From Octopus sinensis (taxonomy: Eukaryota), in the NCBI RefSeq assembly GCF_006345805.1, contig NC_042997.1:128774001-128838000 (forward strand): a stretch of DNA of 64,000 nt, written 5' to 3'. Under the pieces are notes generated by a model. The model did no database searches, had not been told where the DNA came from, and saw nothing but the letters and a program-made list of their open reading frames with translations. Shown in pieces: positions 11,413 to 25,900 of this stretch (its first letter is position 1; every line of letters starts with the position of its first letter). The translations under genes and the position numbers were made by a program.

Positions 11413-12210
11413 TTTTGAGTGACTCACTCTGTCTGATATGTAACTACATTGAGAGACTTATCCTGTCTAATATAACATTAAGTGACTCACAATACTTACC
11501 ACACAGCAACCTTGAATGATACACCACAAGTAATACTTTACAAGCTGAATTTCTATATCTGTTTCACTGCAACCTTGAGGAACTCATTCTGTCTAATAAG
11601 AAGCAACCTTGAATAACTCATCTTATCTATTACTCTTCTAGCTTCAGTGACTCATCTTTTCTATTAGCCCATAAACTTGAATGACTCTCCTTATCTATTT
11701 ACACTATAACCTTGGTAACTCACTTTATCTACTATATTACAACCTTGAGTGACTCATCTTATCTATTACACTTCAGCCTTGAGTGACTCAACATATCTAT
11801 TACCCTACAATCTTGAGAGACTCACATTATCTATTACACTACAACCTTCAGCAATTCACCATGTCAAATGCATTATGATCTTTTCTGTCTCACCACATTT
11901 CTATTACACAACAAATTAGAGTGACTTGTCCTAAACTTGATTGATTTACCCCCATCTATTACACTACGTCCATGAGTGACACACCCTATTTAATATGTTA
12001 CCACCTTGAATGACACATCATACCTATTACTCTACTATGTAAAATGACAAAATTTTATAATCCATTGTTTCCTATAACTAACACTATAATTCTGATGTAT
12101 ATAACTATTGAGTCTTGCACTATGCTCTAATTATGTGCCATTGGGTGACTCAGCTTATTTAAGACATTCAATCTTGGCCAAACTGCTTCAGTACAATGCT
12201 ATATAACTCT
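11413..12210. repeat. Degenerate 34-bp minisatellite (AACCTTGAGTGACTCATCTTATCTATTACACTAC-like)
   Basis: Unit starts at 11741, 11775 and 11809 give a period of 34. Units decay toward both flanks. Confidence 0.85.
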
Positions 12211-12795
12211 AGGTAAAACTTACCTCTTCTTACATTGTCCATATAAAATAATACATCACAAATAACAGGAAATTAAAATATGTCAATCCAAACATTATAT
12301 AACTTTGGGCATAATCTATTGTGTTTACAATTGTTGCTACTTGACAATAATAGCTTTTGAATGTCCCTGTCACCTTCTCTTCATTTCACTATGTCCCTTT
12401 CTCATAAAAATCATTATGGGGAAACAGAAACTTTACTTGCAGCCGTCATTGGGAAAAAGAAAAGACAAATAATCTTGATAAATTTGTACACATTTTTACA
12501 ATTGTACATTTTTTTTCTGGAGGGAAGAGTATCGAAAAACCTCTTGATATTAAACTGAACATATTTCTATGAATATCAATCTGTTGAATGAAATATTTGG
12601 TGTGTGGAAGATTAGGGAAGGAATACTTTTTAAAATTTATTTTGCCTTCTTTTTCCTTTTCTTCATGTTCTTCTTTATCATTTCTTACTTTGTTAATCAA
12701 GAATAAAGTAACATGGGCTGCCCGAGGCATCTTTGGAAGATGACACTACTTATCATGGCATTTGTTTTATCTAATGATTCCTGTTGCTTTCCTTT

Positions 12796-12838
<43 letters not shown>

Positions 12839-14132
12839 ATAATATATATATATATATATAACTACAAAACTAGAAGCATTTATTTATTAGAAAGTGAAAA
12901 GAAAGAGTGGGAGGCATAGAGGGGTGTGAGGTATGAGATAACAATGAGGCCAATAGTGAAGAGATAGGAAGAAGCTCTAACAAGGTTTGCAATATATTTT
13001 GTTCAATAATTACAGCAGTTTCCCATTATTAGCTATCGAAAGCAAATTATCAATATTGCCTGGAAGTTTGATTTTAGTTGATGTTAATTTTGTACATGGA
13101 AGAGATGTAAAAGGAGCAGGTTTTGTTGTAGTGGGACATTTGTAATGGATCGGATGTTTAGTTTAGCCATGATACATAATGAAACCTTCTTTTCTGTAAT
13201 TACATATTTACACACGCGAGTATTTCTTCATAAAGTACACATGACAGTCATATCTTGTGTCACCCACCTACTGTCGTGTTTATCATTAGTCAACAAAGTA
13301 GTGAATCTGGAATCTCTTATATAAATTCCTAGATAGTAAAACTGAGATTTTCAATTCCAGTTGAATTACATAAGCATTACAAAAAAAACAGTTGGACAGA
13401 TATTGGTAACTGACAGGAATTGAACAGCTTGTCTTGTTTCACTTGAAATTTAGTGCTGTGATTGAGGAGATTCTTCTCATCATCATGCGTGTATCAGAGA
13501 GAGAGAATGATACAAGAGAAAAATTAGTAAATTTTGATGGTTTTTTATTATGTTGTATGGTAAATAAGATTCATGAACCTTATGGAAGAGTTGTCAAGCC
13601 AATCACAAAAATAATTGGTGAGACAACAATTGAGAAAGTTAAGCCTTAAAAGAAAGTCTATAATCTATTCAAAAAATGGTAACAAACCAAAATATCCAAA
13701 ACAATTAATGCTTGTGGGGTTTTTTGAGTTGGAAGAGTGTTTTAGAATATCTAATGATTTTCTGGCCAAGTACTTTTCCTTACAAATATTTCATTCATCT
13801 TGTAAAATTTTAGAAGAATCCATAGCAGTGTTTTCTTTCAACTTTTCCTACAATCTAATCTTAAGTTGAAATTCTTTCTGTTGAATTTGTTTTTCTTTTT
13901 ATTTCCAACAAAGAAACTCAACCTAAGATTTATTGGCATCGAGGAAAAAATAAAGTTGGATTTTCATTCTTTTAAGAATAGCATTAGTGTCTTAAATAGG
14001 CCAGTCTTCTGATCATGATTGGTTTTGACTAGTCTTTTAATCATAAATGATAACTGATTTGTATCTGCTCTAGATTTCATAAATTATGAATTTTAAATTT
14101 GTTTATAAGATTGATATTTCTGAAAATCCATG

Positions 14133-14165
<33 letters not shown>

Positions 14166-15744
14166 GGCGTAGCACAATTGGTGAACAACAACTTCATTGG
14201 TTATATATTTCCAATGAGCTAGTCACTGATTCACTGCATTTCTGGTGATGTCTGTAACTCAGAGCAAAACAAATAATACAGCAGATAAGGACTGTTTCTA
14301 ACTCAGTTAGAATCAAGGGACTTACATCAAAAAGTCCCATTTGAGAGACCCATATGCTATACAAATATATATCAATAAAAGAATTCACACACACTACACT
14401 ACATACATTACCTTACACTACATTACATTGATTTCCATGCAGTTTTGTCTATAATATTCCATTCACAAGGTATTGTTTCCAGCCTGGGACTATGAAAGAA
14501 AACACTTGTCCAAGGTGCTGTATGGCAGGATTGAACTCAGAACCATACGGTGGCAAATTAAACTTCTTAACTACACAATGATGCCTGAATGCTGTGGATT
14601 ATTTAGAACTAGTTTTGTATAGCATGATGTTCCTTATAAATACAGAGTGGTTTTATATAGAAAAGGAGTGGTATTTATATTTGAACCTAGTCAAATAGAG
14701 TAATGTTCCTTGTCCATAGTGGAGGCTTTAGTGCCTGTTCATTCAGCGAGTAGTCAAGCATGTTAACCATTCAGTAATCTAGTTTTGCCATACGTATTAC
14801 AAAAGTAGAAAATGTCCAAACATTAGCAATGTTATCATTGCTATTACAACTTTGTTTGCTGCATTGCCAACCTGCTTCAGCTGATAGAATTTTCAGCTTA
14901 TCTGCAACTTATAATTAATACAGAAAATACAATTAAATCAGCAACTATTGTTGTTACATCAAAAGAGTCAGCACTAAACATCTTTTTATCATTGGGAATT
15001 TACATTTACAATCTTTTATTGGTTGAAAAATACATTATGTTATAGAAACTTTTTTTTTTATCATTTATTCATTGAACAGCTACTTCACCAAGCTGGGTCT
15101 ATCTGGTTAGAAACCATAAATATTGTACTTGTGCAAATGCTAGTGATGGTTATGTAGGAACAATGCTATAGGCTGGTAGTGGTGGTGGTGGTGGTGGTAG
15201 CAGTAGTAGTGGTGGTGGTGGTGTGCTTGTGCTACAGCAGCAATGGAAGGTTGTAACCAAAGGAGTGAAAATATAGTTGGAAGTGGAACATCATTGCTGT
15301 TTTAACACCTTTAAAAGTTCAAGTTTTCTTTTCTTAAAGTTAATGCTTAACTAACCTGCTACTCCAATCATAGAATGTTAACTCTTAACTTCCTACCTGA
15401 CCACATAAGGACTGCATCAGTCACCTATCTGTGAAATACAATATCACAGAAATCATACTAACCTTGTTTACATTCATTTTGAACAAGATGAAGAACTATC
15501 TAATGTAAAGATGTTAAGAGTTAATATATTTGAAATAGTAATATTGGTTTTGACAATTTGAGGTGTTTTGCCTAAATCTTTATTTTTCTTGAAATTGTTA
15601 TAATGTGGGAATATTGAAATACTTTACACTTATTGGGGCACATCAATGTGGAATAGTTTTACCTGCATATATATATATAATTTAAATAATATATATATGC
15701 ATATATACATACATATATGTACATACATCTATACATATATACCT

Positions 15745-16250
15745 ATGCATATGTGGGCACAGGACGTCACGGAATGTAAACAATATATAAAAAAATGAAA
15801 ACATGAGATACGAAATACGAATACATGGAATATGAACCTTTTTTTGCAACAATGAATGAAACAAATGGAAAACAAGACAAGTAACATAACGAACGACCCT
15901 TCATCAGCTGTCAGCTGTTTTTCTAATCCATATTTTGAGCAATTCAATGACAAGATATGCCTTCGATAAAACAGTTGTTCCCACAAAGCAAATTAAATAA
16001 AATTTGGGATTTTGCAGAGGGTCAAAATTGGTAACAAAAACAGGACGGTGAAAACAAACAAGAAGGACTGTTAAGCCTAAACAAGGTGAGGTGGTGAACG
16101 TGGAGAAGCAAGCTTGGACAAGTGACAGACAAAAAGTGTCCGATTCATCCAGCTGAATCAGAAGGAAAGAAAGAAACATGAGTTAGGAAAAGAAACAAAA
16201 ATGGCCAATGGTCATGTGGGAGCCACAAGAGAGCAAAGGAAGAAGAGTGA
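15745..16250. mobile_element. Unclassified repeat between (TA)n tracts, possibly a Penelope-type terminal repeat
   Basis: Retains many CpGs against a depleted background, is strongly strand-asymmetric, is bounded by TA microsatellites, and contains CTGATGA on the minus strand. Confidence 0.35.
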
Positions 16251-16265
16251 GGGAGAGAGAGTGAC

Positions 16266-16312
<47 letters not shown>

Positions 16313-18864
16313 TATGTCTGTATATACACACACACACACACACACACCTACTATATCAACTTTAGAACTTTAGACTCCCTTGAAGGCCAAATACTCTATC
16401 TGCTGAAAATCAATATGAAGACAACAATTCCAGATAGTATATCAACATGACCTAGTGTAGGTAACTTTGGAACAGGAAGTAGGCTTAGTTCCAAGAAAGT
16501 GCTAGCATAATTTCTCTTATGATTTATATTAGTAAATAGTTGCAGAAACGATACAAAATATCAAGCTTATGAAACATTACTTCTCATACTATAATGTAAC
16601 ACATATTTTACACTGATGCAGACACTCTCTAGTTACTTTAGAATATTCAATTCAAGTAATAGCACACTTTATTTATAATATTGCTAATCCAAAAACAGTG
16701 TTAGAGCTTCTTCATGATCATTCGAACTAGAAATATCAGCCAAATTTCTCTCAAATCATGTCCTATTCTTTTGAAAAAAGAAAATACATTAAATATAGTG
16801 ACCCTTGATACATTGTGTATGAATAAGAGATAAGATGGGCCATGCCCAGAAAGCACTTGGTTGTAATATCTACACAATAAGGGCTGACTAAACAACTTTT
16901 CCAAATCAATCATTAAATCTCTACACAACCTGTTAAAAATAGTGACCAAATCTTCCTCAGTGCACTTTTCCTTTCCTTTTTTAAAATCAAAGGATACATT
17001 AAATAATATAGCCGTAGACATCTGAATGTGCCCCCCCCCCCAACATCTTTGTTCAAAGTTATATCTGATTCTGACTGACCTTTGGCTTAACAACAAATTC
17101 CTTAAGTAATCCTTAAAATCACCAATTATTGACAGCTCCACAATGTGTAGCTTGTAAATATGGTATTTTCCTAAAATATCAGATTTTTTCAAAATAATAC
17201 CCTAGCCAGGACTTTCTTCATTCTTATGGGGCTGCTCTCTATTTTTCTACAAAAAAGGGTGGCATAGTTGGTAAACCATCAGACAATTTGCCTTGCATAT
17301 TATTGTTACAACCCTGTTAAATTTCATTATGGTCTTTCTCACCTTCCATATTTTTGGCGGGGGTTGATAAAATAGATACTAGTTAACTACTGAGGTTGAT
17401 GTATTCATCTATATCAGCTCTCTCCCCACCAAATTAGATTTTGTGTCCTTGTTCCTTTCATTAATCGCCCTCATGCATTCATTTTTTAATAATACTACTT
17501 AAGCCCTTTCTTTTGGCAGACTCAATCATTTTAACTGTTTTGTGACTCTATTTTGAATGAAATATGCTTTTAATAACTGTTTTAGTTAATTTTGAAAATA
17601 ATCTAGAATTTGGTTGAATTTATTAATTATTTATTTTATTTTATATTTCTATTATTAAGTTAGTATTTGGAACATAACTAAACAAAATGGTTCTTAAATA
17701 AAATCATGATGAAATGTTTTAATTTAGAAATAAAAACACATTGATATGGTATCAGAGACAACTGTCCTCTGACAATTTCCTGCCATACAATTTGTCACTG
17801 CCTAGACAAATCGACATGAGAGCTTCAGTATACACTACAACTTCAACTTGTGTACAACTTTAGCCAACAGCATAGCTTCTTCAAAGGCCCAAAATGGATA
17901 ATAGCTGATTAACCAAATCTTCTGCCTCCCAACTTTCTCTCTCTTTCTCTCCCCCTCTCCTCTCTTGCTCCCTCTCCGATCCCCCTCTCTTTCCTTTGTG
18001 CCATACCTTGTTTAGAGAAATTAGCAATCATGGACCACCATGCCAAAGTCTGAAGATCGTCATTTTTCTTAATTCTTAGAAAAAGTACAGCAGTTGCTTC
18101 CCATTTCCTTCTGCTGAGTTATTTAAAGTTTACTCTGCTAATCTCCTGCTCTCCCAAGCTTATTCTTGAAGCACTAGGTCTACTTAAACCTTAGGCAGAG
18201 GTACTGATTCATGTGACATAAAGGGATGTCAACACACCAGTGGGCTTGTGTGTCACATGTTTAGGGGTCAGCCCTTCACTGTATTCTGTATGCCATAGCG
18301 ACAAGATCATCTTCATAACTAGGACCATTGATAGATACTACTATCCCAAGACAGAGCAAACCTAGGAATAATAGTGACTACAGAGTAATTCCATATTACC
18401 CAAACCCAAGAACTCCTGAACTGGAGCTACATCACCAGGATGCAATTTAAGGTTTTGTCTATGACACCATTTGGCCTAGAACCCTTTAAAATAGCTAAGT
18501 TTTGTATTCTATATGCAGTTTCAAGAGAGTTCTTACCAAAAGGATTAAATAACGTTTGTCTGTATTCTTTCACTGTTATATTTCACCATTCCCCACTGTT
18601 GTCTTATATTTCTCAGGCAGGTACCCCTCCCCAATCTAAACATCTTCTATCATTGATCTTTCAGTCATATCCAGTTTACTTGTTTTCCTTATTTTGAGAT
18701 CAATTTCATAAGTGCATTATATTACAATAACAAATGGCAGTGTTTGCCAGGTCCTTTTCCTATTCTGTTGCTGCATGTAGCACATGGAGTATGTAAGTTT
18801 ATACACACATGCACACACACATGCACACACACACACAAACACATACATACATAATTTCTCATTG

Positions 18865-20357
18865 AACCTCCTGCCGTATCTAATCACAAAATATAGCAAC
18901 TATAGGAATGGGCTCAATAACATCTCTCACCTTTTTTTCATTGATGACCTGAAGTTGTATGGAACAAATATTAACCACATAAAAAAAGCAACTGGATCTC
19001 ATAACCCAATTCTCTAAAGACATTGGAATGAAATTTGGTGAGTCCAACTGTGCATTTTGGAGGTAAAACATGATAAACTTTCACCCTCATCCAAGACATT
19101 AAACATAAACAACCTTTGAGAAAAGTTACGAATAATTTGGACAGGATGAGAATGTCAAATATGACAGACACATCAATAAGGAGAGGATGAAGAATGAGTA
19201 TCTCAAGAGAGTAAAACCATATGGTCATCTGAACTCTCAGCTTACAACAAACATATTACTTACAACACCTTTGCAGCAGTGCCTGTCCTCATGCTGACAT
19301 TTGGCCTTCTGAACTAGTCACCACAAGAACTCAGTGAGACAGATGTTTGAACTTGCAAGCTGCTCAGTGTTACAGGAAACTGTAATAGGCTGTATTTTCC
19401 GTGTAAGGATGATAGCCATGGTTTCAAATCTGCAACAGAGGAAAAAGACCAATAACTATTTTGCCCACGTTTGTGATCATAAATCCAGCAACATAATTAG
19501 GTAGCTAATGAACTTGAAGAAAAGCATAAAATAAGAATATTGGTAAATTTTATTTATCAAAAGAACAAAATAAAAAATGAACCAGTTCACTGAGATAGTG
19601 CATGAGTACTTGGTACAAAAGATACAAATCATAGAAGGAATCGATCATATCAAAAGCTTGACTGAGAGTACTGTCGAATTTATGACACCCCACTTCGAGG
19701 GTTAACTGTGCATTTCAAGAATAAGAAATTCTCATCAGGTACCTGCTGCATAAAAGGCAGAAAGCATTGACAGACAACAAATGTAGGCTGTGCAAGACCA
19801 AGACAAAAGACAACTATATTATTTCCAACTGTGAGAGAATGTCTTCCAGATATTATCTTCCCATGAGGCATGTAACAGTCTAAAACAAGATAACAAAAAA
19901 GAAAACACCAACAGACAAACTTGATTATATTTATGACTGATTGGTCAAAAGAATATTGATGGAAATTAAAAACTAAAATAGTCACCAAATTGAAATACAA
20001 CCTACCAGATATTGTGTCTGACCACAAGAAAGAGATAAGCTCTGTTGTGAAAATCAGCTGCCTTTTAGATACCAGTGTGATTAGAAAAATACATTGATGT
20101 GGAGTTTGCAAATCCTGTATCCAAAATACACTTTCAACTTCATACCTGTTTAATAACAGGATTTGCAACTTGGGTACAAGATTTGCTAACTTCACATCAA
20201 TGGAGCAACATTATATGTACCAAGCCCTCTAGAGCAAGATATGGTTGAACTTAGGTTCTTGAGGAGAGAAAGCAACTTCTTAATTCATACACTACATATG
20301 ATCACAATCTGGGACAATAAAAATTTGCAAGACCTTCTTAAGATTTAAAGGATGATG
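18865..20357 (+). mobile_element. R4/Dong-like non-LTR retrotransposon remnant (RT, zinc knuckle, RLE endonuclease)
   Basis: ISHLFFIDDLKLYG (RT catalytic motif), DIGMKFGESNCA, KCRLCKT..YIISNC, KYNLPDIV..VVKISCLLDT, LQILYPKYTFNFIPV and GTIKICKTFLRF occur in order with many frameshifts and stops. Confidence 0.85.
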
Positions 20358-23239
20358 TACAAAACAAGATGCTTTCCTTTACGACCTTGCTACCAAACAT
20401 GTAACCAGTCAAAATTAACTTCAAATTAAAAAGAGAAAAGGAACAAATATACATACATATAGACATATGTACGTATGTATGTATGTTCATACTTATAGTT
20501 TGTATGAAGCATTGTGAAATAGTGTTAAAATTGTTTTAGAAACCTATCACTGTGCATGTTGCAAATAAAAGAGTGAAAACAAAAGTAAAACAAAATCAAT
20601 AGTTTTCACTTTCACTTTATATTTCAATATTTCAGCTTTAAATGGTCTTTATTGGAAAAGAAATAGAAACTGAGAATAGGTTTTGCTTCAATCTGCACAG
20701 ATATATGAAGTGGAATATATAATGTGATATGTACGGACAGGTCCTGTTATATTAACAATTCAGAGATACACAACACCTGTCTGTAGTTGATGGAAGGATT
20801 TAATTTTTTTGTTAATAAAGTTAGCGTCCCTAATCCATAAATTATTATATTTCAAAGCCAAAATATTGAAATATAAGATTTCACACCTTTCTTTCCAACC
20901 TACATTGTAATGGTTTTCTGAAACTCTTTTAAACATGTGTGTGGATGTTAGAGAGAATGTAATAAACACATAATAAATGCATTTTCTCTTGTTTCTTACG
21001 CCATTGTATTTCAGAAATGTTCTATGAATAACTAAATTTTATCAATTCTTGGTAATTTAGACTTTAACGTATCCAGTAACTAGATAGAGGCTGTTACTTT
21101 CTTGCACAGTGAATACCTATACATTGTTATTGATTTCGTAGAAAATCCAATTTAACAATTATCTACAACAGCTAATTTTTCTGACATCTCAAAGCCTGTT
21201 GAAAATGTCTCTAACCAAATTTTTTGCTATGTTAGATATATCTGCTATTACTGAACACACTGTAGGTTCTCTGTTCCATTGCTAACATCTGACTTCTATT
21301 GACTACCCCCAAGTCAGACATCAATTTTCATTCACTTCAACTTGATTTCTTCCACTTAGACATGATTTTTATTCTCAAATTCTGATAATAGAGTCTTCAA
21401 TATCATGATAAGAATCTCACAGTTTTTTGTTTTGTTTTGTTTTTTGTTTTTTTGTTTATTGTTTGGTAAGAGGAGGAAGTCAGCACCTGTGACTCTTTGC
21501 AGGACTTCCAAAAGAAAAGGAGGAAGTTGTGCTTAGACTGCAGGCATAACCTGAATATTTGCAACTAAGTAGAGTCTGCTAAGGGAAGTGAAGGGCCAAA
21601 TGGTAGTGCTTAGCTGGGCAACAGATACAATCTACAACTCAATGGAAACAAGTCTCATTCATGCAGTTTTTACTTACCAGTTTTCATTGACAAGGCTATG
21701 GTCAACACTAAATCATAGAAGAAGGCATTTGTCCAAAGTACTGGATAGTGGGATCAAACTCCAATCCAGTTGTGAAGCAGTCTTTCTTATCACCTCTCAT
21801 CAGGAATTGTGTTAATAAGTGAGTGTTGATTAATTCAATTCATGATGATAGGAGATAAGAGGAGAAGAGTTTACATTGTGATGCCTACAAAACAGATATT
21901 TAGGAAGGAAATTAAATTAAATTATGTTAATACCAACCTGCCTGAGGCTGTATCTAATTCTGATAAAAATCTATTCTAAATGTTTGTATTCATATCTATA
22001 TTAATGCCATCCACTTGGGCTGAAGACAGAGTATTCAACACTTAGGGCATCTCTACAACAAGCATCCATGTCTTTCAATTTAACAATGAGAGTCTCTATC
22101 AACAATTTTTTTTTTCTTTTGCAACATCCTACATCCATCACCCTCATTACAGCAGCTGGAAATGGCAATGAAAAATTATAATTAACTTGCAAACAAGAAA
22201 CCAATAGTTTTATGATAATGCATATCATGGGTAAATTTATTACTGGACAAAATTTGAGATATTTCACACCAAATCATGTGCTCAGTCATAACACCTCATG
22301 ACCTCTCGCTCCTTCACCATCCATGTCTTCTATCATTCTTTGTTCTGGGAGTTATCTTTCCTGCTTGTTCTCTTCAGTATTAAGTTTTCATACTTTTAAT
22401 TGGATTAAGAAATTGTTTATAAATTATTTGCAACACTTCCAGCAATTGTCTAGCTTATTTGGTGTGTGGCCCCAGCCCTGCTCCCATTTTGTTACACTAT
22501 ATTCCAATCACCAGTTTCATATATTAGCTAATGAAAGTGTTTCTTATTATACCAAATCACTCCAGCTTCTTTATTATTTTCAAAGGTAACTGAAATTCAC
22601 AAGCAATGTATCTTATTATAGATACAGTTACAAAATAGTTAAAACATCTACTTTCAAACATGTCTTGTATTCTTCTACAATAGTAAAACAAAGTATTTCC
22701 GTATCTATCTTCTTTTGTTTGAAATATTGACCCTAAATTAGTGAAACTACTGTTTTATGTCTGAAAACACTCTTTTTTTAAACTGTTTTGGGCAGTTTCA
22801 ATCTTCTTTCTTTTATTTTTTAACTTGTGATGTTTTATATTCATTTTTACACTACCTGCATGGGTAATATGGTTTATCTGCTGGAACAATGGTTTTCATA
22901 GATGGGTACATTTCCTACCACTAGCTACTCAAGTGTGTAATACAGGTATAACCCGTTTATTTGTTCAGTCAGACAAACTAGAATAATTAGAGTTAGGTAC
23001 CTTGCTTCGGAGTTACAATACAATGACTCTAGTAAGATCTGAACTTATAACTACGTGGTTCAGTAATCCAGAAACCTAACTTGACAACCGCTATAAGTAT
23101 TAACAACTCAGAAATCATTCTGAACAGATCAATATTAACTTAACTATTAGTACTTTCACAAATACTACTTACAACTTACTACTTGCATGTGTACCTCCAC
23201 TACAAATGTAGCATTTGTAGTGGAGGTCACATGCAACCT

Positions 23240-23680
23240 CCACAACAAATGCCACACATTCAGCAACCATTTGCCACTTGCACTACTGCTACTTTAACAA
23301 CCACAACTATAAACCATCACTCCTACTGCAAACACTGCTGACTACCAGCACTTCAACACCCATTACTACAACCATCATCCTTGCAACCATCACAACTAGA
23401 CTTTCACCATCACAAACTGCATCTCTCCAACCTTTGCCTTTACAGTCCCAACAGAACCACCAACCACCATTACAGTTATCACCACTACAGCTTCCATCAT
23501 TGCAACCACTGTTACTACAACCACCACCACCATCACAATCCTGAGCATTCCAGTAATCATCACAACACTCAGCACTATACCCAACACCACTAACACCATT
23601 CCTGTCATCATCACACCACCTGACATCTCTACTCCACAACCAACACTACTACTACTACTACAACTACTACTACTACTGTC
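23240..23680. repeat. Degenerate (ACC/ACT/CAT)n trinucleotide low-complexity tract
   Basis: Direct reading. It explains the overlapping Thr/His/Pro-rich and Val/Gly-rich ORFs. Confidence 0.85.
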
Positions 23681-25330
23681 ACTTTTAGAAGAAACATTTT
23701 CAATTGCATTTAAAAGAAAATCATTCCCAGTTTTCTTGAATTTAGGATTTCTTGTATATGTTATATTCTTTCATTAACTATTTCCAATGCTTGCGTCACT
23801 TCCATGCTGCAATTTACTCTTATTTTCTTAACTTTATCGTGACATTATCAATCTTTTGTTTTCCTTTGTTTTCTTTTGTTTTGTTTTTTTCCTTCTTTTC
23901 ACTTTTTAAAGTGATTTTGCTTCAAGTGAGAAGCAATATTGAATGACTCACCATGTTACATGTACACAGAAAACAGTTAATATGTTGCACTGATAGTTAT
24001 CAACAACACTTAACGCAGCAAACAACTGATTGTTGACGGTTCCCAGTGGGAGCAGGGATTGCTGGGTAATTCTTAAAACAAAGGTTGTACCAGGGTTTAG
24101 GTTATCTGGCACTAATTTTATATATTGTTTTCTCTAATTCCTCTAATGTCATCCAATGCTTGTAACTATGAAGTTTCCTAGTAGATTGTGCAGCACTGTC
24201 TCATATCTGATTGAAACAGCATATATGACAGAATACTATAGTGTGGTGACAGTTGTTTATCAAACAAACCTATGATCAAAAGTATTCCAGTCATGACCAT
24301 CCAGTTTTTTTTTTACTGAGTAATATATCTAATGTGTTCCCTTTCTATTTTATTTTTAAATGGAAGAGTTTGAATTAAGGAAATTTGACTGTTACTCCTA
24401 GTAGATAAATGATGAAACAGAAGTTCCTTTCTAAGTCCATTGCTGTAGTAGCCAAGGCATTTGGTCAGCTGAGGTGATTGACACATCTCAATGATAATGT
24501 TTACATCAATCTGCTTTCTGTTTTCACCCTGTGATGTAGAACTTAAGTTAAAGAGAGATCTGGAGGGAAATTAACAGTTGTTTTGTGACACAAACGAATC
24601 CAAAGTCTCAGTCTTCAATTATGCAACATTGCTAATAAATTTAAATCATTGCTTGATAGAATGGCCAGTTGAAGAATTACTGGAGACAGAAATTAATTGG
24701 TTATGAACATGTGAGACTCAGTAATTCAAGCTATGTGAATAAATGTTATGATCAGTTGCACAGTTGGAATAAAACCAAACATAATCAATAAAACCTCACT
24801 GAATCCATGTCAGGATAAGAAATCAGACAGGGAGGTGTTAAAGTTGGCTGTGTAATGTTTAACAGTGTTTACCATAATGCTCTTGTACAGTTTTCTTAGC
24901 AGAGATGTTTCTTACTATTTTACATCCATGTTAGAAGACTAGTTTAGTGTAACAGCTCCTGTTTCTTTCTTTGAATGAGTAACTTACTGTTAACCATTCA
25001 TCTATGGAGTAGTTGGGGGAGCCCCTACTATTTTATTGTTCATTTTACTTTCATGGTGGCATGGAATATATCCATAAACTTGTACATTGCTTAACCCTTT
25101 AGCATTTAAACCAGCTATATCCAGCCCAAATATCCTATTTATTTTAGGTTCAGACTAACCAGATCTGGCCTTTCACGTCAACCCTACAATGTCATTCTAA
25201 AAGTAAATAATTACATAATTCAAAATCTTAAGCATAACATTTGATAAAGTAATTTGAATGCCAAAGGAGTAATACATACATACATACACATAGATATGTG
25301 TGTGTACGTATATGTATATATATATGTATA

Positions 25331-25361
<31 letters not shown>

Positions 25362-25554
25362 ATATATATATTTAGACACCAGTACCCCCGTACTGGTTCC
25401 TGTGTCAGTAGCACATAAAAACCACCATCCAAACATGATTGTTGCCTGGCCCACCTTACTGGCTCCTATGGCAGTGGGATGTGAAAAGCACCCACTACAC
25501 TCTATAACCAAAGACATTCCAGCTATTCATATTATTTTATATCACAGCAAGAAC

Positions 25555-25900
25555 AGTGGATTGGTAGAATTGTTAGAGTATCAGGTAAAATGCCTTGCAA
25601 TATTTATTCTAGACATTTGTATACTGAGTTCAAATCCCACCAAGGTCAACTTTGCTTTCCATCCTTCCAGCATTGATAAAATGAAATACCAGTCAATTAC
25701 TGGGACTGATATAACCAACTGTTCCCCTATCTTAAAATTTTAGACTTTATGCCTATATTAGAAACACTTGGTGAGTGCAGTGAATTGGGCAGAAACATGA
25801 GTGTCAGACAATATGCCTTTCAGCATTTGTTCTGCCAGTTTATATTCTGAGTTGAAATCCTGCTGAAATAATCTTTGTCTTTTGTCCATTTGGGGTCAGT
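25555..25900 (+). mobile_element. Second tRNA-like SINE family, two adjacent copies
   Basis: GGCAGAATTGTTAGAG...CTGAGTTCAAATCCCACCAAGGTCAACTTTGC (B-box-like GAGTTCAAATCC). Further copies at ~31145, 31290, 37190, 37335, 55910 (+) and ~7060-7210 (-). Confidence 0.7.

Noticed and set aside
11413-12210. CRISPR-like periodicity with a palindromic core
   Set aside because: The whole 34-bp unit repeats with no unique spacers, there are no cas genes, and the context is eukaryotic.
15890-15945. Second hammerhead candidate (CTGATGA on the minus strand)
   Set aside because: No GAAA with a closing stem II in either linear or permuted topology.
19680-20195. 171-aa minus-strand ORF
   Set aside because: It is the antisense shadow of the plus-strand R4/Dong-like remnant.
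23278-23639. Mucin-like or Gly/Cys-rich ORFs on both strands
   Set aside because: Trinucleotide low complexity keeps several frames open, and there are no splice signals or domain.
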